A stretch of DNA of 64,000 nucleotides, from assembly GCF_963921235.1 (NCBI RefSeq), contig NC_086097.1, forward strand, positions 140,184,001 to 140,248,000. Reading direction: 5' to 3'. A program made the translations under genes and the position numbers. Each line of letters begins with the position of its first letter. Position 1 is the first letter of the stretch. A model generated the notes under the pieces. The model saw nothing but the letters and a program-made list of their open reading frames with translations, was not told where the DNA came from and made no database searches. Of the stretch, positions 25,091 to 38,247 are shown in pieces. Origin of the DNA: Mobula hypostoma. Lineage: Eukaryota.

Positions 25091-25256
25091 AAAAACAGAA
25101 CTTGCTGGAAGCACTCAGCTGGTTAGGCAGTACCTGTGAAAAGAGAAAGAACGTTAACATTTCAAATCTACATCCCTTTCCACAGATGCTGCCTGATACA
25201 CTGAGAGTTTCCAGCATTTTCTATTACCATTTGAGATTTCCAGCATCTGCAGTTTT
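25091..25256. mobile_element. Small inverted-pLTR hairpin element (old PLE derivative)
   Basis: Left arm AGAACTTGCTGGAAGCACTCAG...TAGGCAGTACCTGTGAAAAG pairs imperfectly with right arm CTTTCCACAGATGCTGCCTGA...CTGAGAGTTTCCAGCATTTTCT. Confidence 0.7.
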
Positions 25257-27139
25257 AAAAAATTTTCATTCCCATAACCCTATTGAAAAAGGCCAGAATT
25301 GTGCATATCTTATTTACATTTTCTCAACCTACCCTGCCATTTCCAATGATTTGTGCACTCATACCCCAGTCCTGACTGATTCACCCCTTCAATGAAGGAG
25401 ACCGACACCTTTGCCCCTTGTATTATTCTGCATATACACTGCCACAATGTCACAACTCTCTCTGCATTCACATACAGTCAACTGGCACTAATATATCAAA
25501 CTCCCAATTGGTCCAAGTGAATTGTAACCATGTACTAATGGAAGACTCACTCCTTTCCCATGTGGTGGAGAAATTAACAAGCCCTATCTGTTTGCTAATG
25601 TGACAAAGAGCAATGACAAAACAAAAATCTGACAAAATGTGCACCAAGTGCTATTTTCACACACGGAGCACTGGGTATAAGAAATCATATAAATATTCAT
25701 GGAACTATAAGCAGTACACAAAGTAGGTCAGTTCGATTCAGGTGGACTTTGAACCTGAACTCTTGTTTTTCTACCAGACACAGGGACTAGCCCTTGGGTA
25801 TGTTGGATGAAGGTATCTGTGAGGAAAAACCATTGCATTCTGATTAGCTGGGATAGTGTTTCACTGAGTACAGTCTACAGAACAGCTCCTGTGATATCAG
25901 TATCCTGACTGGGACCAGTCTAAGCTTCCAGCCTCTGTATGCTTTCCCTACCTTGGCTTCGCTTTTTGCTGAAACTCTCAGTTACACTTGTTTCTCACTA
26001 TCTGACTATTCCAATCTCACCAAACTAATCTCCCATTTTCCATGGTCCGTAACCTAAAGCCTACATAAAACTCAGCTTCCTGTATACAAACTCACTCTTG
26101 TACTCAAACGCACCCAGCCCTCATAATCAGTGTTGGAGTCATGAGGAAATCACAATGTATAACTACCATCCTTTAAATCCCTTCTTCCCCTCACTCTTCT
26201 CTTGCTCTGCAATCTCCAGCAGCCTGACAACTTACTTCAAATTGGTTGTTCTTCTCTGGCTTCGTGTGTATCCTTCGACCCACAAGAGGCAACTTTAATG
26301 AGTTTGGGAAAATATTATTCTCTAATTTACTAATCAAACATCTCTCATCACATTGTGTTCTAACTGGTCCATTCTCACCAACTCACTTAACCTGTCTATT
26401 CTCTTTACCTGGCCCATAATGTTGGCAGTTAACCACATCATTGTCACAGTAATAAGAGTACCTCCGTAATAGTCATGCTAACAGGAAACACAGAAAATTA
26501 TATTTACAAATGGTTATGGTCCTTGTAAAAGCAGCAAAGTTGGTGACTGAAAAGGTAAATATGATCATTTAACAAATGGATACAAGAGCATTTCTCTAGG
26601 GTGCCGTTTGCTGCATTAAAAACATTAGTTTACTGAGCTGAAGCTGGTATTTAATGTTATATAAAAAAGCAAAAAAAAGTTCTTATCAACAGGGACAATA
26701 AGCCTGGGACAGTTCTGAGTGAAGTTGAGTTGATTTTACAAGTGGAATTTACAATGCAGGAATGTTTAATCTCATTGATTTCTGCAGCCAAGAAGCAAAT
26801 AAATGGACCAATGAAGAATTTCAATCTTCCTTCAAGTGGTTTCCATTCACTGAAATGGTAATCTAGTGATCACAATCTACCCTTTCAAATAGATTCAGAC
26901 TAAACCAGATTTTAAATAGTTAATTAACCATCTAAAAGCTGGCTGTCAGTAAATATTTCATGTAGATCTTACAGCTCTTTCTACAAAGCTCAAAAATATA
27001 AAATGAAATATAAAATGGAACACCACAACTGCCTGGATTTTTTTTTGTATACACTTAAGAGAACATCAAGACATAGGAAAATAGTTCTCTGTAGATGTTC
27101 ATCTGGTGAGTTTTCCTACATGCTATATTGCAGATTAGA

Positions 27140-27505
27140 TTTTTTATCTATATACAAATAAATACAGCACAGAAACAGGTCAAAGTACAAAGTAAAATTT
27201 ATTAGTGTGGACTTTCAGCCCATCGAGTCCATACTAACCATCAACCACCTATTTATAGCGATTCTATGTTTATCTCCTAGTTCCCAGTTTTTTTATGTTC
27301 CCCACATTCCCATCATTCCTCCCAGATTCTACCACTCGCATAATAACTAGAGACAAGTTACAGTGGACAATTAACCCACCAACACACACATCTTTGGGAT
27401 GTGGGTGGAAACTCATATAGCCACAGGGAGAACATGCAAACTCAACATCTGAGCATCCAAGGTCAGGATTGAACCCAGGACTCAGGCATTATGATGCAGT
27501 GACCC
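27140..27505 (-). mobile_element. V-SINE/HE1-like SINE with CR1-type tail
   Basis: Minus: GGGTTCAATCC B box, GAGTTTGCATGTTCTCCCTGTG, TTTCCACCCACATCCCAAAGATGTG and tail GACTCGATGGGCTGAAAG. Confidence 0.75.
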
Positions 27506-29344
27506 TTCTGGTTGTGTCATAGTGCCACTCGCAGATTCTTCAAAGGTTACTTTGATACTGCTCAACCACTTGCTTGGTTTGAGTACATCCTTCTCGGCCT
27601 TAACAACAACTCCACAACTTGTTGGCTTTCAACCACTCCACAACTTGTTACTTTATTTGGCATTGTGAGGAGTTTCAGTTACCAATCTGTAAAAGCAAAG
27701 TTTTAGAGTTACCGAAAAGCACAGTGTTATTGCATGTTGCTATTTCCCCATTTAGTGAACAATTCAGCAAAACTTGGCATTCACATTGTCTCTCACCAGT
27801 AGCTTGGCCTCTTTCAGTTTAGAATCCCATCACAACTCACTCCTTCTCTGGACTTCTCCAGCCCCTGGTGTGGAAATCAAAACTGGTGACAGAAACTTCC
27901 TGCAGCAAATTTGGAGAGCATCTGCTGGTGAGGTGCTGAAGGGCCTCTTTCTGTGCTGCACCATTCTATGACCATGCAGGCAGTTAATTAAACATACTGC
28001 CTTGGGCAACTGGTGTTCTCACTTGAATGGGTAACTTGCTGTATTCTCCTGTGCATATGTGGATAGAAATTGATGGCAGTTAGAACAGAGCTAACCCAAT
28101 TAGCTTCTGCAGGCCCCACCCTAAACAATTTTTACCAGATTACTATTGCTCTACTTCCTATGGAAGAGAGGATCCCATTTGCTAACCCTGCTTTACTCTA
28201 TCCAGATGTTCCTGACATACCAGGTATATCCAGCATTGTGTTCTTAGTCTCGTTGTAGTGAGTGACTGAGGTCTGTTCTCAGTTTCCGCCTCAGTCCTGA
28301 AGTTGACTCCTCCTCATTGTTTTTTCCTCTTCTTCATTAAAAAGAATACGGTGCTATGTTAATTGCTATGTGCAGCAAAGAACCTGTAGACCAGATATCT
28401 CCATCTACAGTAAACAAAACTATTTAAGTCCTCTGACAACTCTGTGCCTCCTAAGATCATGGTGAGATTCTATCTCAAACTACTTTCCTGCCTGTTCCTC
28501 CTACCCCTTTGTTGACCAGTGCCCTAACATCAATTGATCTCAGCATTGAAAACTTAGGGATGGAAGGTTGACAGCTCTGAAGAACTAAATTCTACAGAAA
28601 CCCTACCTTCAGAGGATTTGTCTGTACATTTGCACCAGCATCATGACCACATGAAAAAGCCTGACATGGATCATTGTCAAAGCTGGGGAAATCACTTTCT
28701 CAGCCTGTGCTTCCTCCTACTGGCATTTACAAAAGAAGTTTCTCAGATCTTGCTCCTTAGTTGGATAACTGAGGCCTAGTAGAAAGAGCATTGAGAATAG
28801 AACAGCAAAGTATCCCCATCAATGTGCACTACTGTCTGACTTACTTCCTGCAGGATGAATGGACAGGAATGATAAGATGCTCATGCCTTAGGCAACTCAG
28901 TCAGTATTGTTGGGTATTTACAGACTGATAGTGATGCCAACTCACCCCCTCCAAGAGCACCATCCAGCAATGGGGGGAGGGTATGGGGGGGTGATAATAC
29001 ATTTTAACCCTTACCTTCTCAACTCAACACTTCCCATGCCAAACAAGTGTCAATATTCTAAAGGAAGACTGGGGGTGGGGGGTGGATTTCTTTTAATTTG
29101 ATATCTGTGCGTGGCAGATGATTCCTGAAGTTGCTGCCCTCTTCTGGAGAGACACACATGAAAAAAAAGCATCATTTACAGAATGGGAATGGCCAGCTTA
29201 TCCATCAAATGAAACATTATAAAGAAGGCTGCACTAGAGGCCATTTCTATAGCAAACTATGGATTCAACAGTGCAGCAGCAGAGGTTGCTGTCCAATTTC
29301 TGAGGTCTTGTAGTACAGTTACAGATTGGCATGTATAACATTGT

Positions 29345-30180
29345 GGGCTTCACTGAATTGTGGCTGATGGAAGATTATAGCCGGGAGCTTAACATTCAAG
29401 GATGCACACTGTATCAGAAGGACAGGAAGATTGGCAGAAAAGGTGAGGTGGCTCTGCTGGTAGAAAAAAATGAAATCAATTCATTAGAAAAAGGCCTTTG
29501 ACAAGGTGCTACACATAAGGTGGCTTAACAAATTAAGAGCCCACGGCATACAGGAAAGATACTAGCATGGATAGAGTAGTGGCTGATTGGCAGCCAGCAA
29601 AGAGTGGGAAAAAAAGGGAGCCTTTTCGGGTTTGATACCAGTGACTAGTAGTGTTATACAGGGACTGCTTCTTTTTATGTTATATGACAGAATTGATGGC
29701 TTTGTGGCCAAGTTTGCAGATGATATGAAGATAGGTGGAAGGGCAGGGAGTGTTGAGGAAGAAGAGAGACTACAGAAAAACTTAGACAGATTAGGGGAAT
29801 GGGCAAGGAAGTGGCAGATAGAATACAGTGTCTGGAAGTGTATGGTCAATGAACTTGGGTCAGAGAAATAAAAGCATAGACTATTTTCTAAATGGAGAGA
29901 AAATTCAAACACCTGAGGTGCAAAGAGATCTGGGATGATTCCCAACATGCAGGATGCTGTTAATGTAATTTGCAGGTTGAGTCGGTGGTGGTGAGGAAGG
30001 CAAAGGCAATGAATTTGAAATGAATGTCAAGAGGACTAGAATAGTCAGGGCATGACGGATTGCAGGGAGAAGGAAAGAGATTAGGGCCAGAGGGAAATGG
30101 ATCAGCCATGATGAAATGGTGGAGCAGACTCGATGGGCCAGATGGTCCAATTCTAATCCTACATCTTATAGTCTTATAGA
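29345..30180 (+). mobile_element. CR1 LINE remnants with large internal deletions (EN, RT, 3' end)
   Basis: ELNIQGCTLYQKDR (EN), AFDKV, VAKFADDMKIGG, EWARKWQ and tail GACTCGATGGGCCAGATGG. Confidence 0.85.
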
Positions 30181-31328
30181 CTAACTTCAGGCAGAGGGAA
30201 GACAGAACAGCTGCTTGATCACTGCTCATGCCTTCATACTGATCATTATGAATTATGGAACTTGTAAAGTTCCAAGGTTGTCCAGTTAAATAAATAACAC
30301 ATTCCAGAAATTTGCAAGGAATTCTGAACAAAATATTTGAAGTACTACTTAGAAATTCTTTCAACTCTTATCAAAGAACTCAGAGACAAAGCAGTTTATA
30401 TTGATAATTCGATCTTACTTTGGTAGACAGCCAAGGTCTACAGGTAGAAACAAAGACGAAAGGATGTGACACCCGGGTTGTGCAACTTTAAAATAGAGAA
30501 TCTGATTTAGCATCCCCCTCAGATCCAAACCACCTTACAGCCTACCCAGTAGGCTTAAAATAAAGTTGCAGACAGTTATATCATTTTTTTTATTTGTAGG
30601 GTTGTTGAGATAATCCCTTTCAGTAATTGAGAGGTAAATGTTATTCACAGAACAATGAATTGAACAGTGTTGGTGGATCATCTATAACCACCTGAGATAA
30701 CATATTGGACTTCATGCAAAGAACAGGTTCTTCTGAGAGTGGTGTGCCAGTAATGTCTATCTTCATTCTGTGCCTGGCAGAGCAGGACCTAAGCCAACAG
30801 ACATCCAGTTCAGAGACAACACCACCCCTCATTGTACCGTGGTTGAGCCTTAAATGCTCCTGATCTTGGAGGGAATGCATATCACTCATTCTGAAAAACA
30901 GAGTGAATGATCAGTGGACATCGTTCTCTCCAGTATCCACTGGCTGAATCTCTCCCCACCCCTCGACCTTTCTGAACATCCTGACCTTGAAATCAGGCTC
31001 CAAGAACACTACAAGTTCTTTATGCAAATCCTGTTCTTTATTAGTGCTAGCTCCTCATCTGTGGAGGGACTCTTCATGATCTCAGCCAACAGCAGCATTA
31101 GATTTGATTACACTGCAATTCAATACTTCCCTGCCCATAATCATGTACCTTGATATCAGTTCTAAAACCCAGCGCCCTTAATCTGGAATATACTCCATGA
31201 TTGGGAGAAATCTAAACACAAACATTATTGCAGGGCATCGCCTAATATGTAGTGACAGCAGGAACACTGGCTGCTATTCCTCCTCCACAGCCAAGAACAC
31301 TGTGGGTGGCGGTCACTGCCTGGTACCC

Positions 31329-32560
31329 AGCATGCACTACTCTTTTGAGGTCTATCCACAGATTTTCAATGATGTTTAGGTCAGGGGACTGTGAGGGCCA
31401 TGGCAAAACCTTCAGCTTGCGCCTCTTGAGGTAGTCCATTGAGGATTTTGAGGTGTGTTTAGGATCATTATCCTGTTGTAAGAAGCCATCCTCTTTTCAC
31501 CTTTGGCTTTTTTACAGAGGGTGTGATGTTTGCTTCCAGAATTTGCTGGTATTTAATTGAATTCATCCTTCCCTCTACCAGTGAAATGTTTCCCGTGCCA
31601 CTAGCTGCAACACAAGCCCAAAGCATGATCGATCCACCCCCGTGCTTAACAGTTGGAGAGGGGTGCTTTTCATGAAATTCTGCACCCTTTTTTCTCCAAA
31701 CATACCTTTGCTCATTGCGCCCAAAAAGTTCTATTTTAACTTCATCAGTCCACAGGACTTGTTTCCAAAATGCATCAGGCTTGTTTAGATGTTACTTTGC
31801 AAACTTCTGACGCTGAATTTTGTGGTGAGGACGCAGGAAAGGTTTTCTTCTGATGACTCTTCCATGAAGGTCATATTTGTGCAGGTGTCGTTGCACAGTA
31901 GAACAGTGCACCACCACTCTAGAGTCTGCTAAATCTTCTGGAAGGTCTTTTGTAGTCAAACAGGGGTTTTGATTTGCCTTTCTAGCAATCCTATGAGCAG
32001 TTCTCTCAGAAAGCTTTCTTGGTCTTTCAGACCTCAACTTGACCTCCACCATTCCTGTTAACTGCCATTTCTTAATTACATTATGAACTGAGGAAACAGT
32101 TTCCTGAAAACGCTTTGCTATCTTCTTATAGCCTTCTCCTGCTTTGTGGGCACCATTTATTTTAATTTTCAGAGTGCTAAGCAGCTGCTCAGAGGAGCCC
32201 ATGGCTGCTGATTGTTGGGACAAGGTTTGAGGAGTCAGGGTATTCATAAAACTTTGAAATTTGCATTACCTGGCCTTTTCTAACGATGATTGTGAACAAA
32301 ACATAGCCCTAACAAGCTAATTAATGTCTGAAACCTTGGAAAAAGTTATCTGAGAGCTCAAATCTCTTGAGGTGCCCAAACTTCTTCTTCCTTTCCTTTT
32401 TTTCCCCACTCTAAAATTGTACAAAATAAAAATAATACACTAATCTTGCTTAAAATGTTGAAAAGAATGTTTCATCTTTAACTTTATGACTTTTGGAGAT
32501 CAGTTCATCTCCTACTCACTTAACTATTCACAGTAACAGAAATACTTCTGCATGCCACGG
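31329..32560 (-). mobile_element. Tc1-like DNA transposon, 3'-truncated, transposase pseudogene
   Basis: GEGYKKIAKRF...RPRKLS...RRKPFL, stop at 31792-31794, then WKQVLWTDEVKIELFG and [15 protein letters not shown]. 5' end TA|CCGTGGCATGCAGAAGT (TA at 32561-32562) and inner repeat AAGTTTGGGCACC at ~32371-32383. Confidence 0.93.
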
Positions 32561-33199
32561 TATTTAATGATACTGGTTTTTGGACATCTGGAGGACTGTT
32601 AAGCCAATTTTAAGGGAAACAGACTTGCAAATTATTTCAGGAAGCTTTTTTTTCCTAGCAGAGGGAATGTTGAATCAGATTTCTGCTGCCACCTTTCATT
32701 GTATCAAGTTGTTACATGACTGTGACATGCTCCTAAATCATGGCCATCAATGTCCAAGCAGCTTCAGGATCATTACTGTAATCGTGTGGATTCCCCACCT
32801 CCCTTGTGAAACAATACAGGCACCTTAAACTGGATTTTTGAGTAAAATGCATTCAGTGAGCAGAATTAATTTCAAAGGCCACAGCTGAAAAAGGTTTTAG
32901 TGTTTTTCTGTGTGGATTCCGTTTGAAACAGTGTTGCCTCATCAGGCACCAACTGAAGTGAAATATAAGTGGAATTAATATTGATACAGTAATCAATTCC
33001 CACGGAGAAGCACATACTTCAGTGGGACAAAAGGCCAAGGCTGCTGTGCTTCAAGGTCATGCTCTTAATTCCATTAAGCCAGTCCTGAAGCAATCCAGTG
33101 ATAAAGAGCAATTACAGAAGCTCATTACTTGGAGCTAAGCCAGGCAAGCCAGCTGTTGGATTGCTCTGACACACTTATGTACACGTGTACACACAAAAC

Positions 33200-33575
33200 G
33201 TGGGACATTGCAACCTTGGGGAAAGGAGTACAGTTACCATGGGGATAGGGTTACCCTGGGGACAGGTGTGTGTCTGATGCAGTTACTATGGCGATAATAT
33301 GTTGGGGGGACATGGTTACTGTGGGGACAGGAATGTGTGGGACACTGTCATAGTCGGGACATGAGAACATGGGACACAGTTATTGTGGGGACACAAGCCT
33401 GTGTAATGTGGTTACCATGGGGACAGGGGGTGCTTGGGATATGGTTACTGGGGCTACAGGAGTGAGTGGGACATGGTTACTGTGGGGGTAGGTGTGTGTG
33501 GGTCATGGTTACCTTGGAGACAGGGATATATGGGACACCATTACCGTGGGGACAAGGAGTGTGGGATGTGACAGG
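33200..33575 (+). repeat. Degenerate G-rich minisatellite (~31-33 bp unit)
   Basis: About 11 diverged units of GTGGGACATGGTTACTGTGGGGACAGG. Confidence 0.85.
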
Positions 33576-33579
33576 CTAT

Positions 33580-34770
33580 GTAGAATGTGGAACAGTATGA
33601 GGTCATCCATTTGGCAAAATGGCAGGTTAAATCCCAGGGGGACCTGGACATCCTTGTACTGGGATTACAAAAATCAATGTGCAGACTCAGCAAGTAATTA
33701 GGAAGGCAACTGGCACCAATGAGGAGTAGTCCTGTTTCAATTACATGGGGCCCTGATGAGACCACATCCAGAACACTGTGGAGGTTTCTGACCCTACAGT
33801 GGTTCCCCTAACTTTGCTGATATAACCTGCTTGTAATGACTGAACTGGTTACTCTTCTACTGGTATTTCGTACAGACCTACACTAAATTCCTTGCAGTGC
33901 TTCCTTGCACAGTACTGTTGCCACTGAACAAATTTCATGTCATACAATCAGCAATAGTAAACCTGATTCAGATTCTTTCACTTTTATATGCTCAAGTCAG
34001 CTTTCCCAATCAAAGGAAGGATGAACATAAGAGAGAGAGAATGTAGAGAAGGTTATTCAGATTGATTCCTGGGGTAGCTGGTTTGTCACATTAGGAAGAA
34101 TTAAGCAGAGTTTAGCAGGAAAGTAAATTGAGAAGAAGAGATGGAGGTGACTTCAAAGGAGTAGAGCTAGGTAAGTGAATGAGCAGAGAAACGAAGTATA
34201 ATATGTGAAATCACCCATTATGGTATGAAAAATTAAAAGAAGATTAATTAGGAATGATAACAAAATATTGCAGGTGATTCCTTGGGGAATTGAATACAAG
34301 AATTAGGGAGGATATGCTTCATTCATATAGGGTATTGTAGAGATTAGAACTGGAGTACTGTGCAGAGCATCTGCCTCCTGATTCATGGATGTTGGTACAT
34401 TGAAAGCAATATAGTAAAAGTTTATTAGACTGATACCTGGAATAGATGGATGTCTTCTGGAGAAAGTCCGGATAGGCTTGATGTATTTGCTGATATTTAG
34501 CCGTGTGAGGGGGACTTTATAATAACACACATGATCTGGAGGGGAAGTGGTGTGTTCAAAAATTAGGTAGTCTATTTAATACAGAAATGAGACAACTTGT
34601 AAGTCTCTGGAACTCTGAAAGACCAGTGCAAGCAGAGTCTTTGATTACATTAATAGATGCGAGGGAGTGGTTGAGAATGTGGCTGAGGTTACAATCAAAT
34701 CAGCTACTGATTCCTTTAAATGAGGAAGAGGTTTGAGTGGCCTATTCCTTCTCCTTACTTATATGTTCCT
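33580..34770 (+). mobile_element. Cluster of old CR1 fragments with a short Rex1-type tail at ~33905-33975
   Basis: YEVIHLA, ALMRPHPEHC, LEYCA and FIRLIPG remnants, tail TTTGAGTGGCCTATTCCT. Confidence 0.6.
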
Positions 34771-36970
34771 AATGTTGCCCAGTGACTCTTTGTGGGTCAA
34801 TAGTTATAGCAATCTGCAGTGTGAGCAAAAACACCCAAGGCACTATCCACACAACCACATTTGTAACCAGTTCCTAGCCCAGAAGCAAGAATTTAGCCAA
34901 ATGAAGTGCCATTTCAGCACTCATTCTATTAAAGTAGATTTAAATATACAAGTGCACTGCAAAAATGAAGAATGCAACCAATAATTTCTAACTGAGTGCA
35001 TAATGCCAAAGGTGACTGTGAAATTGGGAGGAAGGTGTGTGAAGTTTTCTAGTGATGGACGTACAGCAAAGTACAACAGTGAACACAGCAGTGATTGGTT
35101 GATGAGGGTCACACTGCTGTGTTACTGAAAATTTTGTTGTTTTTCTCATTGCTAAGCTGTTAAACTACAGTCTGAACCTCACTAGCACTAATATTACCAG
35201 GCACCTGAACAAATCACACACCTGGCACTTCAGTAAAAAGCTTCAGGAAATTATAGGCAGGTAAGGGTTAAAGTGCCTCTCACGTGGTTGTTAGAGTGAA
35301 GACAGCCCATGCGGTCAGACATTGGATGGGATTGAAGGACATTCATGTCAGATTTTTGAAGAACACACTGGACAATCTGTTTATAATCGCATCTTCCAAA
35401 TAGCTGTTCTTGTGCCTGGAAGTGAGGTGTACAACATTCTCACCAAGTGTCAGCAGAGCAAGCATCTCTGTAGAAATAACTTAAATGGATCAGCTGAGCC
35501 AATAATGTGACATGAATGTCAGCTTCCTTCATGGAAGTTTTACATCAACGATAGATTCCTTGTTTCAAATAAATAACCTTTGTATGATTAACAAGGTCTG
35601 TTCTAAGTGAGGTAACTCAGTAAATCACCACTCACTGCACACACACCCATTCTCCCCAGCCCCATTTTATTACTGTTGTTACAGCTCAGGGTCTAAGATA
35701 CAATCAAACAATGTGGAGAACACTTTAAGCCTTAATGTGACTTTGCAACCAAAATTATTTCAATAATGAGATTTGCACAAAGGATCTTTAGGACCTGCCC
35801 TGTGATAATTCAAACACTGTTAATTTTCACCCTACAAAGGAGTAGCTGTTGGATTCTGGATATTATAATCCAGAGGGATGTCAAACTGATCTTGATGCTC
35901 ATAATGATGCTGTGCATTTTATGTGACACATTTTTTTTAACCTGATGCTCCCATCTAATTAAGTTTGAAAATGATGGTTGAACCACGTTTTACAACAAGG
36001 GTGAGGAATTTGCCAATAGGTGCCTGAAATCCAAACTAAAAATAAACCTCCTGATGCATTTACTGTATTAACACACGGACAAAGGACTTTATTGACATCC
36101 AACTGTGCTTCCGTAAGCCAGCTAGTTACTATCCCAGTTACAACCCAGTTATTAATTTCAACATGGTGTGACTCGATAAAAATGAGGATAATTTATGTCA
36201 ATGTCAGAAACTTAAACAATGCACTTTTTAAAAAAGTCAGTATAAAAAGAGGTGCAAATATGTCAAGCTGACAACAATATAAAGGATATGGTTTATACTG
36301 TATGTGAACTGAGATTCTGATATGAACACCATCTACTCAAAGCTAACAGTTCATTGAATTAAAACCATCATGAAACTAGACTCACATTATTTTTCAGCTA
36401 TCAAGAGAAACACGAGTTCAGTGGAATAACTAAATATTGGCTGCCTGCAGAATTTAAGTAAACATCTGATATCAGAGTCTTTGATCAGGTCAAACAATTA
36501 ATTTCAGTTTCCTGATCAAACTAAACCAGAATCCTTCAGTTCCATTCTTAAAAAAGAGCTTACAATAGATAAAGATTTCCACAAATAGAAGTTTATGAAT
36601 TAGACAACTAGGAGCTGAACAACAATCTCTATTGTCCAGAAGATGAAACCTTCTACTGTGGAACAGCTGCTTGGTCCTGGTACACAGCAGTGAGACTGCT
36701 CCACAACAGAGGAAGAAAACCCATTGTTTCCCTTTATCAACAACTGATTGGTGCTGTGGCCTGTACCAGTCACTCCAGACACCCTTAGCATGCCTTCACA
36801 GTACTTGCCAATCTCAGAGGAATCCCCTATCCAGGTCTCACTCATTTGCCTCAGCTAAGTACTCCACAGCAGAATTCCAGGATAATAATCAAAAGGCAGT
36901 AGTCCAAAGTCATTATGAAGATGCAATACTGCTAAGTTCTGTAAGAACATACATATGATCTCCCACCTAC

Positions 36971-37072
36971 CAGTTTCTGACTTCCTTACATGTGCGGGAT
37001 TCTGGGATGTTCCTGAAGGAGAATGGTCTGCTGTTCTCTCCTCCAGCTCGGATTCTGGGATTGTTTGAAAGC
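36971..37072 (-). other. Candidate internal exon of an unidentified gene (102 bp)
   Basis: Acceptor TCTGTTTGCAATTCAG| and donor TG|GTAGGT. The phase 1-1 frame reads (G)FQTIPESELEERTADHSPSGTSQNPAHVRKSET. No homology recognised. Confidence 0.25.
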
Positions 37073-38247
37073 CTGAATTGCAAACAGATAACCATGGTTA
37101 TTGACCTGGGAGAAATCTATCAAAAGCAAAATGCAGCGTATACCAAAAAAAAAACAAAGTGCTCGAAGTACCCATCGGTGAATCGGAAATGGAGTTTACA
37201 TTTCAGGTTGGTCGCCTCCTAACAGAACAGGGGGAAGTTAGTGAGAAAACATAGCCTGTAATAGAAATGGAAAGATTGCAGCACACATGAAACAAGATCA
37301 CTTAGAATGATGACACTCCAGAAGATTCTGTTAATGAGAATAAACTGAACCAGCAATCAATAACGTACTTCCATAGGTAATATTTTAAATGTTACCTCAG
37401 CTACTTGGCATTGTGAACATGTATGTGAAGGAAACAGTTAACTTTGTATATACTACTGCTTGGAACTTGTAAGCAGGGATACGCAGAACTCAGAATTCAC
37501 GGTCTTCATAAGTATGCTCTGGAACTTGGGAGACAGCAAAGTGGAGATTTTAGATCTGCTATAAATGAGTACATCCTCATGTACATATAGATGAGCCCAA
37601 TTACAGTACAGAGTCTGTGAGTCACTGGAAACCATCAGAAAGAACACGAGGAAAAGTTGTTCCCATATTTAAACAGGAGATTCAACCACACCTAAACAAA
37701 ATCAATGTGATCTTCAAATATCCACCAAATCCAATGCACGTTACGCGAGACATTACTGTCCCCTCCCAGTCCAACATCCCCAGCACTGAGACTCTAATGA
37801 CCATCTGTCAGCCTGTTGGACAGGCCACGACATTTGCATATCCGACACCAGATTCCCAGGTAGACATCTGCATATCTACCAGATTCCCAGGTAGACATCC
37901 CTTTCCGGGCTTTCTGCCAGCGGAGTTCAGTAGATTGTCAGAGGTGAAAAGGTGTACAGAGAATAGAATTCAAAGTTGTTCTCAAAACCCTCTTAAGAAA
38001 TGCACATCCGACCTGACAACTTGTACTCCCTGGTCCATAATCACTCAGAAGAGGAGCATTACCCAGGATTGCATTGGGAATCTTGATTGCCTGCATCAGG
38101 AGCACACACAAATGCAGCAGAAACAGTGGAAGGAATGTACCACCTCACAAACTACACCACCATTCCTTCCAACATCACTGTTCCATCTATGGAAGAACCT
38201 GCAGTCCCAAAATTGGACTCATCAGTACGTCAAAACCAATACAACTG

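Noticed and set aside
30692..30890. Minus-strand exon candidate after a strong acceptor (CTCTGTTTTTCAG)
   Set aside because: No good donor and no recognisable peptide, so it is unsupported without RNA data.
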